In this document: positions 1 through 12,631 of the stretch, piece after piece | Position numbering within the stretch: the first letter of the stretch is position 1 | Layout of the letters: each line of letters opens with the position of its first letter | DNA from: Tubiluchus corallicola | Lineage: Eukaryota; Animalia; Priapulida | NCBI GenBank assembly: GCA_030141605.1 | Contig: JAQGDQ010000678.1 | Coordinates: 50,316-114,315, forward strand | DNA length: 64,000 bases | Reading direction: 5' to 3' | Made by a program: the position numbers and the translations under genes | Notes under the pieces: generated by a model | Databases searched by the model: none | Seen by the model: only the letters and a program-made list of their open reading frames with translations | Told to the model about the DNA's origin: nothing

Positions 1-1065
1 CTTGACATTACTTCACAAAATTAACAAATATTACTGTAATTTATTTTAATGTATGTGAAATTAAGTTAAAATTTATATATTACCGGTAAATAAACTAGCG
101 ACGGAGCACTCGATCAGAACATGGAAATCGCCAATGATGTTACTGAATAAAACTGTGACGTTTCAGGGATGGGTTTTTAGTTTTAAGTGAGAAATCAGAG
201 ACTGAAATGTTACGACGGATCCTGACCTCGATATCCTAGAGTTAAAGGCATTACAAGCAATTATGAAAGGCCAGGCGGAATGATCATGGTTTGCAATGAA
301 GGCCTTCAATATGAATATATATGCACACACACACGCATGCACACACACACACACACACATATATATACATACACGCACGCACACACACACACACGCACGC
401 ACACACACATATATATACACCAAGTAGGTATAATATACTCGACCCAGGCACTTGCACGTGTCTTACACACTAACACAATAATCTATTGACTTATTACTCG
501 GCCATTGTTGACATCATTTACTCTGGAAGATCTTAACATTTTAGGGTCAACTTGTACACAGGTGATATATAAAATGATACAATTTTTGGTCTTAAAATGC
601 ACATGGACTTGTACATAAGGTCGACTTGTACACAAGTAAGATATAAAATGATACAATTTTTGGTCTTAAAATGCACATCGACTTGTACACACGTATATAC
701 GGTAATTATAAGGCAGAATAATCTATGACAGTTTTTGCTAATAATCGATTTTGAACTAACTTGGCTTTTAGTAAGAAATTCATCGGTGACCAATCATCAG
801 CATAAAGTAGAGACATAACGTAAATATGACTTAACCCATGCTAGTGTTCACACAAATGTCGAGCGTACAACTGTCACAGAGTTCCATTTAAAATCTCATC
901 ACCTTTCCCAAACAAATCAAAACAGCAAGCCGGACACAAAGTAAAAGAAGAAAAAAGAAACAAAGAAGAACAGAAAAGACGAGACACACACATTTCTTTG
1001 ACAGACGTTTTGACTGACAAATGAATGCACAGAATTTGCATGAGATGAGCGTCTGATTAATAACC

Positions 1066-1495
1066 AACTATCATCCGCTTACAAATATCAGCAGTTCTTC
1101 TTTACCTACGAAAAGATTTGCCATATTGCTTACGTTAGGAAAACACTGGGTGTATTCTAAAAATTGTTTAACTATCATCCACTTACAAATATCAGCAGTT
1201 CTTCTTTACCTACGAAAAGATTTGCCATATTGCTTACGTTAGGAAAACACTGGGTGTATTCTAAAAATTGTTTAACTATCATCCACTTACAAATATCAGC
1301 AGTTCTTCTTTACCTACGAAAAGATTTGCCATATTGCTTACGTTAGGAAAACACTGGGTGTATTCTAAAAATTGTTTAACTATCATCCACTTACAAATAT
1401 CAGCATTGGTCACAGCAGTTCTTCTTTACCTACCGAAAGATTTGCCATATTGCTTAACGACACTACGTTAGGAAAACGCTGGATGTATTCTAAAA
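1066..1495. repeat. 104-bp tandem repeat, ~4 copies
   Basis: aactatcatcc...tattctaaaa unit repeated. Confidence 0.9.
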
Positions 1496-2109
1496 GTTCT
1501 TTACGCTTTAATAATTAATGGTTATTTTACCAGAGGTTTTCAAAGACAACAGAACGGATAGACGAAAAAAATGCATGACAACAACCGGAGTGCACCCGAT
1601 GAAACAAGTAGAAAGATGAAAAAGAAGAACACAAGAGAAGGTATAAAATATCGATAAACGGAAAGGCATGGATTTTAAACACGTGCCTGAGATTGATATA
1701 AAATGCTTACAATAAAGTCGTGATTTACGCAACATACGAGGGGGGTACAAGAATATGGATATTGTACCACCCACCACGCGCGTGACTTCATGAAGATCTT
1801 ATATCAGCCTGAAATATTTGTTGAAAACTGTGCCATTGATTCTTGCAAACTTAACAAAAGCCATGTGTTACTAATGATTATTATTTCCTATTTGTGGAAG
1901 TTGGAATTGTACATTATAATTAGGTGCTGCCATCTATGCGCTAATCCTGTTACTCTAAAAGCTGAATTACCCCCAGTATAATTGTATGGTCCAGTGAATG
2001 CATATTCACTGGTTCTCTCCCTATTTTAAAGTAATGGTTGTTGTGAACCCTGTGCAAGTCTGCATAGGTCACCTATACCTATATATACTGACTGGTTTTA
2101 CTTTCTAGT

Positions 2110-2374
2110 CACTCTCACTCTCAGTGTTCAGTGCAGCAGTCATGCTACTCATGTTTCTCTAGACTCTCACTCTCACTCTCAGTGTTCAGTGCAGCAGTCA
2201 TGCTACTCATGTTTCTGTAGACTCTCACTCTCACTCTCAGTGTTCAGTGCAGCAGTCGTGCTACTCATGTTTCTGTAGACTCTCACTCTCACTCTCAGTG
2301 TTCAGTGCAGGAGACGCTCACATTCTCAGTGTTCAGTGCAGGACACTCTCACTCACAGTGTTCAGTTCAGCAGT

Positions 2375-2422
<48 letters not shown>

Positions 2423-2452
2423 GTGTTCAGTGCAGCAGTCATGCTACTCATG
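2110..2452. repeat. ~57-bp tandem repeat with (CACTCT)n
   Basis: ctcagtgttcagtgcagcagtcatgctactcatg recurs. Confidence 0.85.
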
Positions 2453-3144
2453 TGTCTTTAGTTTAATAAACACTTTTCTGTTGTGTGCAGTGCAAATATG
2501 TATTATAGATTTTGATTCTTGTTCACACTTCTGTGCCTAAACTCAATCATAACGATGTCAACACAATCGTCCTGTTTTCTTTTAACTATTTTTAACAATG
2601 CTGTACATCCTTAAATGCTGCAGCTGTTTTACACGTAAGAATATGCAAAATTTGATTCTGAGACGAATGTCATTACCTTTCGGTAACTAGTTGTGTACTT
2701 GCATACTTGTTTACAAACAGCTAGCTTAAAGTGAACGAACGCTACGCAGTTTTTGTACGTAACTTTTATCTCATAAACAACAACTTGAAAGGGATCAAAA
2801 TTAGCTTTTAACTTTTCCGAAAACTGTCCGAATACGAAGACGGACAAGTTAACACCAACAGTTCTCATTAACCTGGAGCTTAACGATATTCCCCACCTCC
2901 CTGTAACACCTGTAGTCACCTGTGCAGCTCGAACAGCTATTATGTGACAATTCTTTGTGGCTTCGTAAGGCAGGCTTCGGTCGACCTCGAGATGCAACGC
3001 AACTGACAGCAACTGCACTCTCGGCAACTGGCAGCTTACGGTACGCCGCTAGATCCGAGTATATCTAAGCAAGCTTGCAATGCATCTCAACTCAGTATCC
3101 AATGAGTTGCTCATGTTTTACTCGCAGAATATAGTATTTATCCT

Positions 3145-3336
3145 GAGCATTGTTTGAGCATTTGTTCAGCATTGTTTGAGCATTGTTCAGCATTGTTTGA
3201 GCATTTGTTCAGCATTGTTCAGCATTGTTTGAGCATTTGTTCAGCATTGTTTGAGCATTTGTTCAGCATTGTTTGAGCATTGTTCAGCATTGTTTGAGCA
3301 TTTGTTCAGCATTGTTTGAGCATTGTTTGAGCATTG
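3145..3336. repeat. 10-12-bp repeat (agcattgtt[t/c])
   Basis: Visible tandem array. Confidence 0.9.
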
Positions 3337-4210
3337 TCTGCTCAAAGATTATTTTCATTCGCCCACGTCGACCTGAGCAGTGTCGCAACACGCGGGAACT
3401 CGCATCTTCGGTCGCAGTCGACCCGAACGCGCGCCTACGACCGTTTCCTGTCAGCTGAGTCGAGTTGCGTCACATTGCAGGTTGGCCTAAACTTGGCTGT
3501 GGTGTTCTTGTGTTTGAATGAAATCGCTTTTGTGGCCTCATAGCAGCCTGAACACTCACATCTCGGTTTGCTGGACAAAACCGGAGGGACTTCGGTCAGA
3601 ATTTGCCAATTGTCCATATTTACCGATACTAAGCTAATACAGTAGATGGCGTGTATTAGACTCACGGTAATGTAGAATCAATCGCTTAACTGTCTCAAAA
3701 ACACCTAAGTACTGGCCACTCCTATGCAAAAGTATATAAAAACTGTCTGCAATTGACTCAAATAACTCCGCACAATTGATTCTATATTTTTATACATAGA
3801 GATATACACGTGGTTATACTGATGTACGTGATGTAAACAAAGTGACGGCCTGCCAACTAGCGGTCAGTTTGTGAAATAATGTACTGGGTCCGTAAAAATC
3901 TTCTCAACGAATTTACGCGATTTACAAAAATGGCACTACTGGTCTTCCAAAAACTGTATTATGCAAGACTTTAACGGCCCAGATTATCCCGATATTTCCC
4001 GATATCCGTAAAAACGAGGTCCGGCAAACCGAGACATGAGTGCAGCTATTGTTGTATGTTTGCCTAAATAATCCTAAATAATATTTTTCTAACTCTTCTT
4101 ATGTTTGCCTAAATAATCCTAAATAATATTTTTCTAACTGTTCTAAAGCGAAGTTTGCGCGCCGGAAACCAATGGCACAGGAAGTTCAACAACATTTCCC
4201 GGAACAAGAC

Positions 4211-4333
4211 CTGATATATTTTCTCGCGAGGTTTCAGTATGGGCCACCCGGGAATGATGTCGGCTAACGACGTGCGTCGACTATCGCGGCTATACCTTCT
4301 GGGCACCGGCTCTTCGTCGTCGGTGTCGGCTAG
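4211..4333 (-). CDS. unc-22: Exon LADTDDEEPVPRRYSRDSRRTSLADIIPGWPILKPREKIYQ (D1-like PKA site), phase 0-0
   Basis: ttttgtgcctgtag acceptor, CAG|gtcttg donor, 123 nt. Confidence 0.85.
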
Positions 4334-4630
4334 CTACAGGCACAAAACATGAAAACGCTTAACATGAGTGAAACGACGGCAAAATGGATGATGCACCTAT
4401 TAAACCTGTTCTAATTAGCGATGTTGTAGAATGAGGAGCCGACGGCAGCAAAAACCAGGCAGTTGATGTACGGAAAGAAATATTACTGCCAACTTTTGCT
4501 CTTGCTGCAAGTCAGCCAGACAACCTACAACCTCCCCCACTCCACCGCCCACCACCATCCTACTCTCACAATACAATTTGCAGATAGCTTAGCAAGCAAA
4601 ATAACCGTCAACACAGAAAAGTTATTAAAT

Positions 4631-5045
4631 ACACACACACACAAACACACACACACACGCACGCACAGACACACACGCATGCACATACACACTCACACAA
4701 ACACACACACGCACACACACTCACATACGCATGCACTCACACAAACACACTCATACACACACGCATGCACACACACACATGCACACACACACACACACTC
4801 ACACACGCATGCACACACACGCACGCACGCACACACACAAGCGTGCGCACACACACACACTCACAAACACACACACACGCACAGACACACACGCACGCAC
4901 ATACACACTCACACAAACTCATACACGCATGCACTCACACAAACACACTCACACACACACATGCACACACACACACACACAAACGCGCACACACACACTC
5001 ACAAACACACACACTCACACACACATGTACACCCACTCGCACACT
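4631..5045. repeat. Degenerate (CA)n microsatellite; similar tracts at 325-420 and 31728-31815
   Basis: Visible dinucleotide repeat. Confidence 0.95.
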
Positions 5046-5458
5046 CAGCCAGCTCTAGCGATGTCACCAAAAATTTGCTCAATGTCCACACACACCATTA
5101 GCATCTCTACTCCAATTTTCAACACAGGCAAGTATAGCTTAACAAGACAGCTAAACTAAACATTTCCACATTTAAAAACGCAAAAGGAATGATGACCACG
5201 TGTGCTTCCAATCAAATGGTAGACACTATTAGACAGATCACGATAGATCGTCTGCGATTAAGACACACACAAATAACATAACATAAAAAACACCATTACC
5301 GATCGAACAAAAATAATTATTTAATTCAGTTCAATTTATTGCAAATAGACTAACGTCACATCGCTCAAACCGAGGGCGCAGCAACTCCTCGAGTTCGAGT
5401 GACGATAGCAATAGAATTGAATCGAATAATTTTACTACTCTACGGAGTGGCATCTTAC

Positions 5459-5461
5459 CTC
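5459..5461 (-). CDS. unc-22: Candidate 3-nt microexon (GAG, Glu)
   Basis: ctaat branch point, ~65-nt AG-free pyrimidine tract, ggacag|GAG|gtaaga. Confidence 0.55.
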
Positions 5462-6101
5462 CTGTCCGTTGTCCGAAAGAGCAAAAGCGTGCGGGGAGAG
5501 AGAGAGCACAGATGACCAACAAGAAAAGAACACATTAGTTTAACAGCAAGAAATCAATCAGCCAATCAATCAATTAATTAATACGATGATGTCAAACTCG
5601 TACAGATTTGGAAGGAGCATCTCTTAAGAAAACCTTCGAATTTGAAAGTAATTATAACTAATGTTTTCAAAAGTTCTTTGAGATTTCGTAATTAATAAAT
5701 TAATTAATACGTCTCAAACCATCAATAAACAACAATAGATGTGAATTCGAATATTTTTAATGCAAAGTAAAACCTCCCAACCAACCTTTAACATAAAAAT
5801 TTGCATCGAAAGCAATTTTTTAATATATACCAAGTGGTCGATTTCATCATCGTTTTGCTCATGATTTTGATCTTTTCAGTTTAAAAACAGAAAGCTGGTT
5901 TAGAAAAATAACCATTTTTAGACAACCCGTCTGCCCTAATTAACCGACAATATTTTAACGATTATCAGAACCAATTTTTTAAGAAACGTCGAAAATACCG
6001 CGTTCAAATTCTTTCAAGTTGTTTAAACGAAGCGGTTTTATTTCAAGAAATGCCACGTTCCAGTCAAAATGTGCAAGTGCGACATCATGAAAAGACAAAT
6101 A

Positions 6102-6657
6102 CAGGGATGAGAATGACAAATTTCAAAAAACTCTGAAACAGGCCAAAGGCGTAGGCCCCCATGGGGGTTCAAGGGGGCGAAGCAACAAATTTCAATTTTG
6201 TGACCATAGAGAACCTCTAAGTGGACTTAAAATATTAATTACCTTGTTTCATGCATAATTTAAAATACACAACTATCAAGGATACATGATACCTAATTGT
6301 CTCAAAAACGCCTAAGTACTGGCTGCTCCTATGCAAAAGTATATAAAAACTGTCTGCAATTGACTCAAATAACTCCACACAATTGATTCTATATTTTTAT
6401 ACATAGAGATATACACGTGGTTACAATGATGTACGTGATGTAAACAAAGTGAGGCCTGCCATCTAGCGGTCAGCTTGTGAAATAACGGACTGTGTCCGTA
6501 AACAAAGTGACGGCCTGCCAACTAGCGGTCAGATTGTGAAATAATGTACTGGGTCCGTAAAAATTTTCTCAACGAATTTACGCGATTTACAAAAATGGCG
6601 CTACTGGTCTTCCAAAAACTCGGAATTCCGCGTATCCGCGGAAAATTCTCATCCCTG
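6102..6657. mobile_element. MITE with CAGGGATGAGAAT TIRs and 6-bp TSD (family D)
   Basis: CAGGGATGAGAAT...ATTCTCATCCCTG flanked by caaata on both sides; related fragment at ~3680-3955. Confidence 0.85.
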
Positions 6658-7187
6658 CAAATATTACTTTACAATTTAAAAAAAACGAATCGCTAATTAC
6701 AGGTGATCATATCGCAAGCAGCATTTATCAACAAGGAGTCACCATCTTGCAAATGACATGTGCATGATGTGATCAGTTGGACAAATGTGCTTGGATATGA
6801 CAGAACTTCTCTCAAAGCATTTTACTGGAAATTTACAGCAGACATTTGATATCATTAACACTTACATCTACAAAGCATGTCAAAGAGTTCAACTTGAAAA
6901 AATTTAAAATTTAAAAATGACTTTCAGTGTTAAAGAAAGCACACAAAAGCTAAGAGATGAATTCGTCTTTCAGACTGGCGGTTACTAATGTCGACATGCA
7001 AGAAGAAAAAGAGAAGGAACCATATAGGTTCTGTTAGTGTTGTTAGCGGGATAGGAAAAGATACTTTATGAGCCGTACCACGAGCATAGATACGTTACGA
7101 CGTCCCACCACAAATATCGTCTGTCGATCTACGACGCATACGCCAGATACACAACACACGTTTCGTAAACAAAAACAATATAGTACA

Positions 7188-8215
7188 CAGTATGTCCTCG
7201 CTTAACGACCCCCCGTTTATCGACGTTTCGTTTTAACGGCACTGATCTTTTTACGGCTTTTATTCACTTAGTGACGCACGTTTTGATTTAACGACGATTT
7301 TTTTGCCCTTCAAATGCTGAAATTTTCTTTGCTGTTAACAGGTTTAACTTACCCTACTAAGCAGGCTCATTGGAGAACATGACTTTACATTGTTGTTGAC
7401 AAAGCGTTGTTACACATGACTTTACATTGTTGTGCATTACATTGTTGTTGACAAAGCGTTGTTACACATGACTTTGCATTGTTGTGCATTACATTGTTGT
7501 TGACAAAGCGTTGTTACGCATAACAACGCTTCACTTAACAACGCATTTTGCTGGAACGCATTGCGTTGTTAAAGCACAAGAGAACCCTTCATAAACATAG
7601 AGCTTTTTTGCATAAAGGACTTCAATCGGCAGTCACACTGTATAAATTTAAACTCACGCAATGACCGGTAAATACAGCCATTTTGATGATAGGTCATTTG
7701 AAACAAGTTTACATAACATTTTGTAAAGTTTGAAAAAATAATCAGAGCATTCGTAGCGCACAAGTCACTAAGTAAGTAAAATTTGAAATTACTGTATCTG
7801 TCAATAAGATTAAAAATACGTTTTTTGGTTAGTGTGTGGTGCACCCTGGAGGGTGAGTCGGCAACATTTTACCAATTGGTGAAAACATTTTAAATAATCA
7901 AAAATTTTCTTTTCTAGTTACATAAGTCTTTCAAGAAGGTAAGTGAAATGCTAAGTAATATAGATTTGCGTGGAAAGTTTTCTGGGACATAATTTAACAT
8001 TTCCTTTTCTTCCCTTGATTTACGTTATGCGTATATGACGTCATGTAATGGCGCCGTCGGAACAGTATTGCAAGAAATTTAAATGAAAATAAAAAAAATT
8101 CGTTTCAACGCGAGTACGATATACGCATGAAACTGCTATAAAGTAACATAATTTTTAAGGCGATTTTTCTGAAACCTACTTGAGGTACTCTTGTCCTTTA
8201 AGCGAGGACTTACTG
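7188..8215. mobile_element. Tigger/pogo-like MITE (family B) with a nested insertion
   Basis: CAGTATGTCCTCGCTTAACGAC left end and TTAAGCGAGGACTTACTG-TA right end. Confidence 0.75.
7573..8197. mobile_element. TTAA-targeting (Kolobok-like) element inserted in the family B right TIR
   Basis: ttaa|AGCACAAGAGAACC...GGTACTCTTGTCCT|ttaa. Confidence 0.7.
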
Positions 8216-9393
8216 TACAACATACAAGCTAGAACTAACAGCTACTGCAGAAGCTATTTACAACTCATATACCACATCAAAAATAACAAAAATACCCTAA
8301 ATACGAATAAACCTAAATATAAATACTAATAATGCATACTTCTTTAATCTCTTGTTGTCTAAGACGAACCATCTTGTTCAAACAAATCAAAAATGATGAG
8401 CACACAGAAATAAACATGTAAACTTAGGAAACGACTACAGAGAGACGACCGAATGATGTGCTCTTTCAAGAAGATGAAGATGTTTCAGCTCCTTCCCTAA
8501 CCTTCCCTGCCCTCGGGAACGAGTATCTTTAAGAGAAGCCTTCAGCATTTTGAGAAAATAAGTCACCTTGGGTAGGAAAAAGCGGTAACAGTTTAGCTTC
8601 TACCGTTGAAAATGTCTAATATCTGATTATTTGTAAGATAACAAAGCCAAGCTTTTCCCACACCATGTTTACATAGTGTATAATATGATAGCAATGTTTT
8701 GTGAGGATAAGCAGGGATATTTCATTTTACAGTTTAGCATTATTCTGATTCAGATACCATAATCTTTTCTGCACTTAGGGCGGACAAATTTAATTCAATT
8801 CAATTTTATTCAAGCTGCAATTTAATGCCAAAAATTTGTAGCATTCGTGGCACGAAAACTTGTCACATTCTAACGTAGAACGTTCGTTTAATTCAGAATA
8901 CCCAAACACCTGAATAAAATTATGCTGGAAATCTTTGAAAAGGATGTCAGAACACTCTGTGTCAAAGATTTCCGCGAAATGACATAAAGGTAAAAATAAA
9001 ATACGTTATGATAAAGAGCTTGATATGATATACGATATCAAAAATAAAATATGTTATGATATATGGGGCTTGAAAGAGCACACAAGTTTTCATATAGTGA
9101 CAGAACAGGTAAATCAAAATGCTACAGTACACTAAATTATAATATCATTAATAAGCTATTAAAAAAACTATTTCTTCATCGCAATTTTTATAGACTAAAT
9201 TAGTCGCACAATATAATATGGAAAAATTAGTGTACTATCGAAAAATACTACTAAATGAAAAGCAAATGAAAGATATCTTGTACATTGAAATATAAAAAAA
9301 TTTAAGTCTCTATCAGCACTCAAACTACACATACTACAATTAGCGTAGCATGACGCAACACCTCGCAACAACACAACCACGCGATCTACCTAC

Positions 9394-9578
9394 CATGTCG
9401 TCGCCGGGTCCACGACGCTTCACCTTCTTCAGCTCCACCTTGGGCACCTCCACGTTGCTGGCGCGTCGATCCTTCTCTCCCGGCTTGAGCTTCCCGTAAT
9501 CCGGGTCGTCCTCATCAAGCTCCCAGTCCTCATATTCACGGTGCTTGAGCAGGTTTCGAAAGTCGACCGTTCCTTCGC
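9394..9578 (-). CDS. unc-22: Exon with DFRxxL motif (EGTVDFRNLLKHREYEDWELDEDDPDYGKLKPGEKDRRASNVEVPKVELKKVKRRGPGDDM), phase 1-0
   Basis: cgcgcag acceptor, ATG|gtaggt donor, 185 nt. Confidence 0.9.
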
Positions 9579-9989
9579 CTGCGCGTGTAACATGAGTACC
9601 GAGACGAGTTAATGAGAATCTGCACGTTCTAATGACAAACTGCAGTGTGCACGGGCACGGCTTCGACTACCGCCGTGCCCGCTAGGTGGTGCGCCAGTCA
9701 GCAAATCTTGCCGATAAGGACAGTCTGCGATCAATGCTTGATTAAGCATACTCTCATGCCAAAAAGACATGATTCAGTAATAGCATATCAAGCATTTGAC
9801 TTTCGTAATAAATTAACCTCGATTCATCCTCCTCGATGTTAAAGACCGATCAGCGCGTTGGCGTTTCTAAGAATATCAAAATTACGGCGATGGATGGTAT
9901 ACAGGAATACTTATAAATAAAATTTCACTACTGCAAAAATCACACTATGGATTTATCTCTTGAAAAACTTTTAAAGCTTGAAATGTGAA

Positions 9990-10612
9990 AATATTTGAGT
10001 TGAAGCTGGCTAAGATTAGTACCATGTAGGTTCGCATCATCTGCAAATAACCGGACGTGGAAATCAGGACAGTGTGCTAAATCATTGAAGTAAATTAAGA
10101 AAAAAAGGGGACCTAATGTAGAACCTTGGGGAACTCCACATCTTATGCTAGTGATATCCGAATAGGTATTGTTTATGCAAGTATACTGTTTACGATTAGT
10201 AAGGTATGATTTTAGTACTTCCTGTGGTAGTACTTCCACGTTTGCCAAATCACTGATGTAAATCAAGAAAAAAAGGGGACCTAATGTAGAACCTTGGGGA
10301 ACTCCACATCGTATGCTAGTGATATCCGAGTGGGTATTGTTTATGCAAGTATGCTGTTTACGATTAGTAAGGTATCATTTTAGTACTTCCTGTGGTAGTA
10401 CTTCCACGTTTGCCAAATCACTGATGTAAATCAAGAAAAAAAGGGGACCTAATGTAGAACCTTGGGGAACTCCACATCGTATGCTAGTGATATCCGAGTG
10501 GGTATTGTTTATGCAAGTATACTGCTTACGATTAGTAAGGTATGATTTTAATAGCTCCAGTAGGGTACCCCTAATGCCATAATGTTCGAGTTTGATTAAT
10601 AAGACGTGATGC
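9990..10612 (-). mobile_element. Non-LTR retrotransposon (CR1/L2-like) RT fragment with a ~170-bp internal triplication
   Basis: Translates to YGIRG..LKSYLTNRKQY...CGVPQGSTLGPLFFLIY.NDL...LFADD; the segment repeats at ~10101, ~10271 and ~10440. Confidence 0.85.
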
Positions 10613-12354
10613 TGTTTAGAAAATGTACTATATGTGGTAAATGACTTGTATCAAAAAATTCAAATTCTAGTGAATATTTTCTTTATCAACTTAAATCAGA
10701 AGCATCAAATGATTGATTACTTTGCCTTTCATGCGCAAAACGGTTAAATGAATGAACATACGATTCACGATTTTAAAAAACGACCGACAGGCGGTAAATT
10801 TCACATTTCAGAAAAATCAGAAAATCACGCGACACAATCACTTCATCAACGACCAAGCAAATTTTTCATCCCTAAAAAAACTAAATTTATTCCAGGAAAA
10901 ATCCAGATTGCTGCCTGATTTTCCTAGGCAAACTAAACTTTATTGCATGTGCTTTGAGAACAGAGCTCAAGCGTGACATTATAATGCGTAAAATATAACT
11001 TGCAGTTACGCATCTTGAATTATACTAACATACTCATCTCCGAATTTTCTATTCTCAAGTCGTTGTTGAGTTACTTTGGTTAAGCACTTCACCAAAAATC
11101 CCAAGTGGCTAACGGCGATCCGGAGTTTAACATCGAGCGCTCGTTAATTAAAAACCAACTTCACATTCGCTGCATTTTACTCGGGATTCCGGCAATACTT
11201 GCTGACCGGCGAGAGTTGTGCTGGCAGAGTTGTACACGTGCCGCGGCAGCCAAGCGCGCAAGCAAACGCACAACCCTGCCACGCCGCTAAAGGTTTCTTC
11301 AAGGGGTGTTCATTGTATATCATAAAGAATAGTATTTGTGCAAAGAATTCCATCAGCAACTGAAAAAGCTTTTAGTAATTTTCTGCCGGAAACAGCGAAG
11401 AATATGACATATTATAATTTTGGCCTCATTTAGTCAATATAGTCATTACACCAAGGGATTTGCGCAGTTTCTCTTCACTTCCTCCCCTATGTACCCTAGA
11501 CTTTTTCTTCGCCTCCTCCACAAATGCTTAGCGAATGTGTTAAAGCATTGATCATTTCTCTGTACCGACCGTCAGTTTACATCGTAATTATGAAAATTAA
11601 TAATACTAACTCCCACTGTAACTCACACTAACCATTAGCAATATATTGTAATTTTTCTCCTGCAGAAACAATCAGCAGCATGAAGTATAGTTTACTTCAA
11701 TAAATCTATGTCTGACTCTACAGGGTTTGCTACATCCTGGCATTGAACTCGGAATACCTGGCGTTCGAAATACGAGGGAATGAACCGACTAGGGGACCCA
11801 CCAATCAGACCCATCGGCGGCGAGGCCCCGCATCGTTACAATATTATCAAAACCTAAATTCCCCGCACGAAAATTGAACTTGATCAGAAAAATAGTCGTA
11901 AATAAAAGACAGATAACTTCTAACTTTTATCAGATTTAGTTTAAACGCTCAAGCCAATACTATTCTTTAGAATACAAATGTGACCACTGCAAACAGTACA
12001 CGAAATAAAGCAGATTGAATCGAAAAGAATTTAAAACATAAAATCAGAATTGAAATCAAAAATAATACTAACACTTTAAAGAGAAAATACAGTAAGAACG
12101 CGGCAGGATCCGTTTAGTCCACTTCGCCTGATGACCACTATGATGACCACTAATTACATTAAGGATAATTAAAATTGCTCAAAAATTGACCATTTGCAAA
12201 AACGGGTGTTAGAGAAGAAGAGGTGTGATTAATAAGGAGTATAAAAGCTCGAGCTGATTTCAGGTAAACATAAATAAACAAGTATTTTGCTTGTTTATTG
12301 ATTTTTTGTAGCACAAGAATATAAACATTTACTGCAAAACTTACAAACAAGAAT

Positions 12355-12631
12355 GAATAGTGAAAGAAAAATGGCTTCATGAATAGTGAAGGAAAATGGC
12401 TTCATGCATAGTGAAGGAAAATGGCTTCATGCATAGTGAAGGAAAATGGCTTCATGCATAGTGAAGGAAAATGGCTTCATGAATAGTGAAGGAAAATGGC
12501 TTCACGAATAGTGAAGGAAAAATGGCTTCACGAATAGTGAAGGAAAATGACTTCATGAATAGTGAAGGAAAATGGCTTCATGAATTGTGAAGGAAAATGG
12601 CTTCATGAATAGTGAAGGAAAAATGGCTTCG
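12355..12631. repeat. 25-bp minisatellite, ~11 copies
   Basis: Unit gaatagtgaaggaaaatggcttcat. Confidence 0.95.

Noticed and set aside
84-142. Possible exon NIIGDFHVLIECSVASLFT
   Set aside because: Requires a phase-2 upstream exon that was not found, and shows no Ig pattern.
2629-3027. 132-aa minus-strand ORF
   Set aside because: Non-ATG start, weak acceptor and no recognisable Ig, Fn3 or other motif.
3373-3447. Possible 75-nt phase-0 exon (ETVVGARSGRLRPKMRVPACCDTAQ)
   Set aside because: Poor pyrimidine tract and weak donor (gtcgac); composition unlike the other exons.
4463-5159. His/Thr-rich ORFs
   Set aside because: Translation of (CA)n.
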